From the NCBI GenBank assembly GCA_004195515.1, contig PSPR01000001.1, positions 14,480 through 78,479 on the forward strand: DNA of 64,000 bases, in the 5' to 3' direction. The translations under genes were made by a program, and so were the position numbers. Every line of letters starts with the position of its first letter. Position 1 is the first letter of the stretch. Below are positions 60,297-64,000 of the stretch, piece by piece. This DNA comes from Methanobacteriota archaeon. GTDB taxonomy: Archaea > Thermoplasmatota > Poseidoniia > Poseidoniales > Poseidoniaceae. Below the pieces are notes generated by a model. It was not told the DNA's origin. It searched no databases and worked only from the letters and a program-made list of their open reading frames with translations.

Positions 60297-61770
60297 TCAA
60301 GTGATGCAAAGTCCTTACATGGATCCCGGTTGCACCTGTCTTGACCAATTTGTTGGTCTTCGCTCCCCATGCGGTTCCAGCGATATCCATGTGTGCCCAT
60401 GGAATTTGTTGACCATCCACTTCAGGGACGAATTGCTTTAGGAAAGCAGCTGCGGTATTTGAGCCACCCCAGCGACCAGCTCCTAAGTTGCGTACATCGG
60501 CAATCTTGGAATCTTTGACCTCTTTTTCAAATGCTTTGAATAATGGCATTGGCCAAGCGATTTCTCCACAGTATTCGCCAGCAGCCTTGATATTTTCCAG
60601 CAATTCATCATCGTTGGACCAAAGTCCGGTCGCTTCGTGACCTAATGCGACCACTACTGCACCGGTTAAGGTTGCAAGGTCGATGATATAAGATGGATTT
60701 AGGTGGGTTCCAGCGTACCAAAGCCCATCGGCTAGGACCAGTCGACCTTCTGCATCTGTGTTCAGGACCTCGACGGTTTTTCCGGAGTAAGTCTTGATTA
60801 CATCTCCAGGGCGTTGAGCATTCGATGAAGGCATATTTTCAGCCATGCAAGTAACTGCTACTACCTTTTCTTTATGGCCGGAAGCAACCAATGCTTGCAT
60901 CAAACCGAAAGTGGTCGCAGATCCATGCATATCGTACTTCATCTCGTCCATACTCGGTGAAGGCTTGATCGAAATACCGCCGGTGTCAAAGGTAATTCCT
61001 TTTCCAACGATACAAGGTGCAGGCCCTTGTTTATCACCATTTATTTCAAAAATTACCATACATGGTTTGCGGTAAGACCCCATTCCGACTCCAACCAGTC
61101 CACCCATGCCTAATGTCCGGGCTTCATCATAATTGATGACTTTTACATAGACATTGGAATGGTCCTCTCCGAATTCCATCGCTTGGCGAGCGAATTCCAT
61201 CGGGTACAAATCGTTTGGAGGGGCATTTCCTAAGTCTCGGGCGAGATGAACGCCGGTTGTAATTGCTTGAGATAGAGTTGTTGCGTTTCGAAGAGCCTCG
61301 ACACCCTTTTCTTCACAAGTTACTCTTACTTCGAGCACCTTATCAGAATCATCTTCATCGTCCTTCGATTTGTATTGGTCATAAGCATAATCTCGTAATA
61401 GCATACCTTCGACAAATGCAGCCATATGTGCATCATCAATATCATGGAATCTGACCGATAGATTATGTCCATGGATTTTGCCTCTGGCTGAAACTACTTT
61501 TGCACCACATTCTCGCATAGATTGGGAATCGGCATCTTCGACTTTCCCTAGTCCAATAAGGAGTGCTTTTCCACCTTCGGTACCTGCTAAAGTCATAGTA
61601 GTGCCGACTTTGGCTTTGAAATCTCCAGCTTGGAGAATATTTTCGATTTGATGTTTTAATTCGCGATGCATTCCGCCTTCGCTTCCTTCTGCTACCGCTT
61701 CACTTCCTTCCCATAATGGAAGAACAAGAGTTCCTAAGATGTTCTCATTTGCTTCAACGCTGACCTTCAT
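60283..61770 (-). CDS. pepA: leucyl aminopeptidase (M17)
   Basis: VGKGITFDTGGISIKP and NTDAEGRLVLAD. I chose the start at the ATG at 61770 so that it does not overlap the upstream carboxypeptidase gene. Confidence 0.9.
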   Translation of the reverse strand: MKVSVEANENILGTLVLPLWEGSEAVAEGSEGGMHRELKHQIENILQAGDFKAKVGTTMTLAGTEGGKALLIGLGKVEDADSQSMRECGAKVVSARGKIHGHNLSVRFHDIDDAHMAAFVEGMLLRDYAYDQYKSKDDEDDSDKVLEVRVTCEEKGVEALRNATTLSQAITTGVHLARDLGNAPPNDLYPMEFARQAMEFGEDHSNVYVKVINYDEARTLGMGGLVGVGMGSYRKPCMVIFEINGDKQGPAPCIVGKGITFDTGGISIKPSPSMDEMKYDMHGSATTFGLMQALVASGHKEKVVAVTCMAENMPSSNAQRPGDVIKTYSGKTVEVLNTDAEGRLVLADGLWYAGTHLNPSYIIDLATLTGAVVVALGHEATGLWSNDDELLENIKAAGEYCGEIAWPMPLFKAFEKEVKDSKIADVRNLGAGRWGGSNTAAAFLKQFVPEVDGQQIPWAHMDIAGTAWGAKTNKLVKTGATGIHVRTLHHLITGL

Positions 61771-61814
61771 AGTCTCACCTATAACGGGCTGAATGCCGTC
61801 GGTCTTCAACCTGT

Positions 61815-63125
61815 CTAAGGCTTTCTCAGGTATGCGGCTGCCAATAACACAAGAATTAACGAGGATATATCGAAGGTACCCAACCAAGTTTCGTCCTCGG
61901 CCTGAGTGGTCTTAACCACGATTGAATCGACAGGTTCACTAACAAATAATGAGGCGTCAATCACTCTTTTTTGGTAAACCAATTGCCAAGTCCCCTCTTG
62001 TTTTGGATTGAATCCATCGGTTGTTATCGTAGTTGAATTTGTTGCATTTACTGTGAAGTTATCACTTTGCCACAGAGTTTCATTTTCGGAATTGATGAAA
62101 TTGAGAGTTGCATTTCTGGTTGTTGCTCGACCGAGGTTATCGACGCTAAAGGTGACTTCTTGATCGTTTATCTCAATAGAATTCACTACTAATCTTGCCC
62201 TCCAATACCACACATCATCGATGAGATAACGCATGACTTCAAGCTCTTCACCCAAACGGTCGGATAGAGATTGAGTTGTGCCCAATAAAAATTGTTCATC
62301 ATCGGTTTCAAATGTAAATGTAGGGAAGCCCATTATCCCATAACCATAGTCTCGACTAGTTCCGCTATTGGGGTATAATCCTTGATTGGCATTACGAATC
62401 GGGATATCGGAAATATTTGCATGAACATCATCACGAATGAAATGGAATAATTCCCAATCGATCGGTTGGTCAGGAATATAACCCCACGGATGCAGCATTA
62501 TCCAAACACCGGTATGCATTGTAACATAGAGATCTGCTCGGCTAACCACCTCATTCATGTATTTGGCATTGTTGAAGGTCTCGGACTCACTAAAAGGTCC
62601 ACCTCGGCCAGATTGTGTCTCTTCTTCCGACCAGTGGTGGTCGTAATTTCGGTTTAGGTCGATTTGATTGACATTCCACCGAGTATCGAAATCATTGCCG
62701 TCGGCATTGAGCAGAATTAGAATGTGAAGTTCGGTATTTTGCAAAACCCGAATCGCTTCTTCATTACCCGAATCCCAGTTTTCAATATACCACTCGGCGG
62801 TCAAAAATGCCAATTCTGTGCCAAGATGTTCGTTGCCATGGTGGCCACCGTCGATGTAGACAATGTCTTTTTCAGTTCCATCGGCCTTGGTCTCATTTGA
62901 CCAATCAGAAATTCGAACCACCCACAATTGCTTACCCAATTCTGTAGTTCCGGCGCTGGTAAGGTCAACGATCTCCGGGTAGTCATCGGCCCAGGCATTT
63001 ACGTCGACGGTCAAGGTCGGATAGGTGTGGTACCAATGTTCTTGGACGATGTCGGGTTGTTGTGCTTGAGCGATCGGAATCGTCGCCAGCATCATTACTG
63101 CTAGCATCAACAAGGCCTTGCGCAT
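61815..63125 (-). CDS. M14 zinc carboxypeptidase, secreted and C-terminally membrane-anchored
   Basis: Signal peptide MRKALLMLAVMMLATIPIAQA, zinc motif GGHHGNEH, and a C-terminal TM SSLILVLLAAAYL followed by RKP. Confidence 0.85.
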   Translation of the reverse strand: MRKALLMLAVMMLATIPIAQAQQPDIVQEHWYHTYPTLTVDVNAWADDYPEIVDLTSAGTTELGKQLWVVRISDWSNETKADGTEKDIVYIDGGHHGNEHLGTELAFLTAEWYIENWDSGNEEAIRVLQNTELHILILLNADGNDFDTRWNVNQIDLNRNYDHHWSEEETQSGRGGPFSESETFNNAKYMNEVVSRADLYVTMHTGVWIMLHPWGYIPDQPIDWELFHFIRDDVHANISDIPIRNANQGLYPNSGTSRDYGYGIMGFPTFTFETDDEQFLLGTTQSLSDRLGEELEVMRYLIDDVWYWRARLVVNSIEINDQEVTFSVDNLGRATTRNATLNFINSENETLWQSDNFTVNATNSTTITTDGFNPKQEGTWQLVYQKRVIDASLFVSEPVDSIVVKTTQAEDETWLGTFDISSLILVLLAAAYLRKP

Positions 63126-63166
63126 ATTTGGCCCAAATCGGCTTAAGCCATCAACCTGACTATATT

Positions 63167-64000
63167 TCAACAATCGGTTATGTAAGAGAAAAGGATTGGA
63201 GCGACGATTGTTGCATCCGATTCAATGATGTGCATCGGGGTGTCGATGGCGAGCTTTCCCCAGGTGATTTTTTCGCTTGGCGGCGCTCCCGAATAACCGC
63301 CATAAGACGTACTAGATTCAGAAACTTGGGCAAACCAACCCCACAATGGAACATCGAGATTCATGTCTTGTCTCAACATTGGCACTACGCAAATCGGGAA
63401 ATCACCAGCGATTCCACCACCTAATTGTAAGAATCCAATCGGGTGTTCGGCATTGGTATACCAATCAGCCAAATGCATCATGTAATCGATACCGGACTTG
63501 ACTGAATTTTTATCGACCATCCCCGAAATACAATGTGAGGCGAAGATATTGCCAAGGGTCGAATCTTCCCAACCTGGGACGTAAATTGGGATATTCATTT
63601 CTTTGGCTGCGAGCAACCAAGAATTTTCACTTGGAATCGCGTGTTCGAGATCATCGAGGATAGCCATCAAGTGCTCATGAGGAAATGCGATATTATTTTT
63701 CCATTGGTCGAGAATTTTTCCTTCGATATGGCGGATGGCTTCACCCTCTGGAATACAAGTATCTGTGACTCTATTGAATCCGTCCTTGTGCAATTTCTCT
63801 TCGTCTTGTTTGGACAGATTCCTCCAATCGGGAATCCGGTGATAATGTGGTTGAGCGACCAAATTGAAGATATCTTCCTCAAGGTTCGCTCCGGTACAAG
63901 TTATGGCATGAACCTTGCCAGATCTAATCATTGGTGCCAAGGACTTTCCGATCTCAGCAGTGCTCAAAGCACCGGCTAATGTAACCATCAATCGGCCACC
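63167..64000 (-). CDS. dys: deoxyhypusine synthase (N-terminus beyond the right edge)
   Basis: TLAGALSTAEIGKSLAPMIRSGKVHAITCTGANLEEDIF ... LQLGGGIAGDF are DHS-like. The reading frame is still open at 64000. Confidence 0.85.
   Translation of the reverse strand, partial: GGRLMVTLAGALSTAEIGKSLAPMIRSGKVHAITCTGANLEEDIFNLVAQPHYHRIPDWRNLSKQDEEKLHKDGFNRVTDTCIPEGEAIRHIEGKILDQWKNNIAFPHEHLMAILDDLEHAIPSENSWLLAAKEMNIPIYVPGWEDSTLGNIFASHCISGMVDKNSVKSGIDYMMHLADWYTNAEHPIGFLQLGGGIAGDFPICVVPMLRQDMNLDVPLWGWFAQVSESSTSYGGYSGAPPSEKITWGKLAIDTPMHIIESDATIVAPILFSYITDC

Overview
This is a densely coding archaeal chromosomal segment. I support about 47 protein genes and saw no rRNA, tRNA, CRISPR array, transposase or integrase. 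Archaeal markers are chromatin protein MC1, a thermosome subunit, CDC48/VAT, an Hjc-type resolvase, a DacZ-type diadenylate cyclase, a Sec11-type signal peptidase, deoxyhypusine synthase and Ncs6/TtuA. These are mixed with bacterial-like DnaK and ThrRS. The gene content also includes three giant N-x-S/T-rich surface proteins, peptidases and amino-acid catabolic enzymes. By inference only, this fits a marine planktonic heterotrophic euryarchaeon (Thermoplasmatota, Marine Group II/III-like).

Housekeeping genes: lhr-like helicase, signal peptidase, S2P protease, pyrB/pyrI, thrS, pyrG, tdh, thermosome, dnaK, pepA, M14 carboxypeptidase, aldehyde dehydrogenase and a class-III aminotransferase.

Most notable observations:
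1. A tightly coupled minus-strand operon at 33200-36907. It encodes a stand-alone Roadblock/LC7 protein, then a 1046-aa protein with Roadblock, PATAN/DUF4388-like and ~290-aa coiled-coil modules, then a 71-aa membrane protein. No partner GTPase is in the window. This is my best candidate for an undescribed cytoskeletal or polarity-type system.
2. The sdhCAB operon has an intact membrane subunit, but sdhA is broken into three frames and sdhB into two. The breaks are three short (~20 nt) deletions that remove conserved motifs.
3. A co-directional block runs CDC48, PRC-barrel, DUF4350-like, DUF58, polytopic membrane protein, and lacks the usual MoxR ATPase.
4. A heat-shock island places the thermosome divergent from a Met-rich sHSP-like protein and DnaK. 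The sHSP-like protein ends in an acidic ...DDGGIPIF tip. No grpE or dnaJ is present.
5. A macro-domain gene is coupled to dacZ.

All domain calls come from motif recognition by eye; no database search was run.
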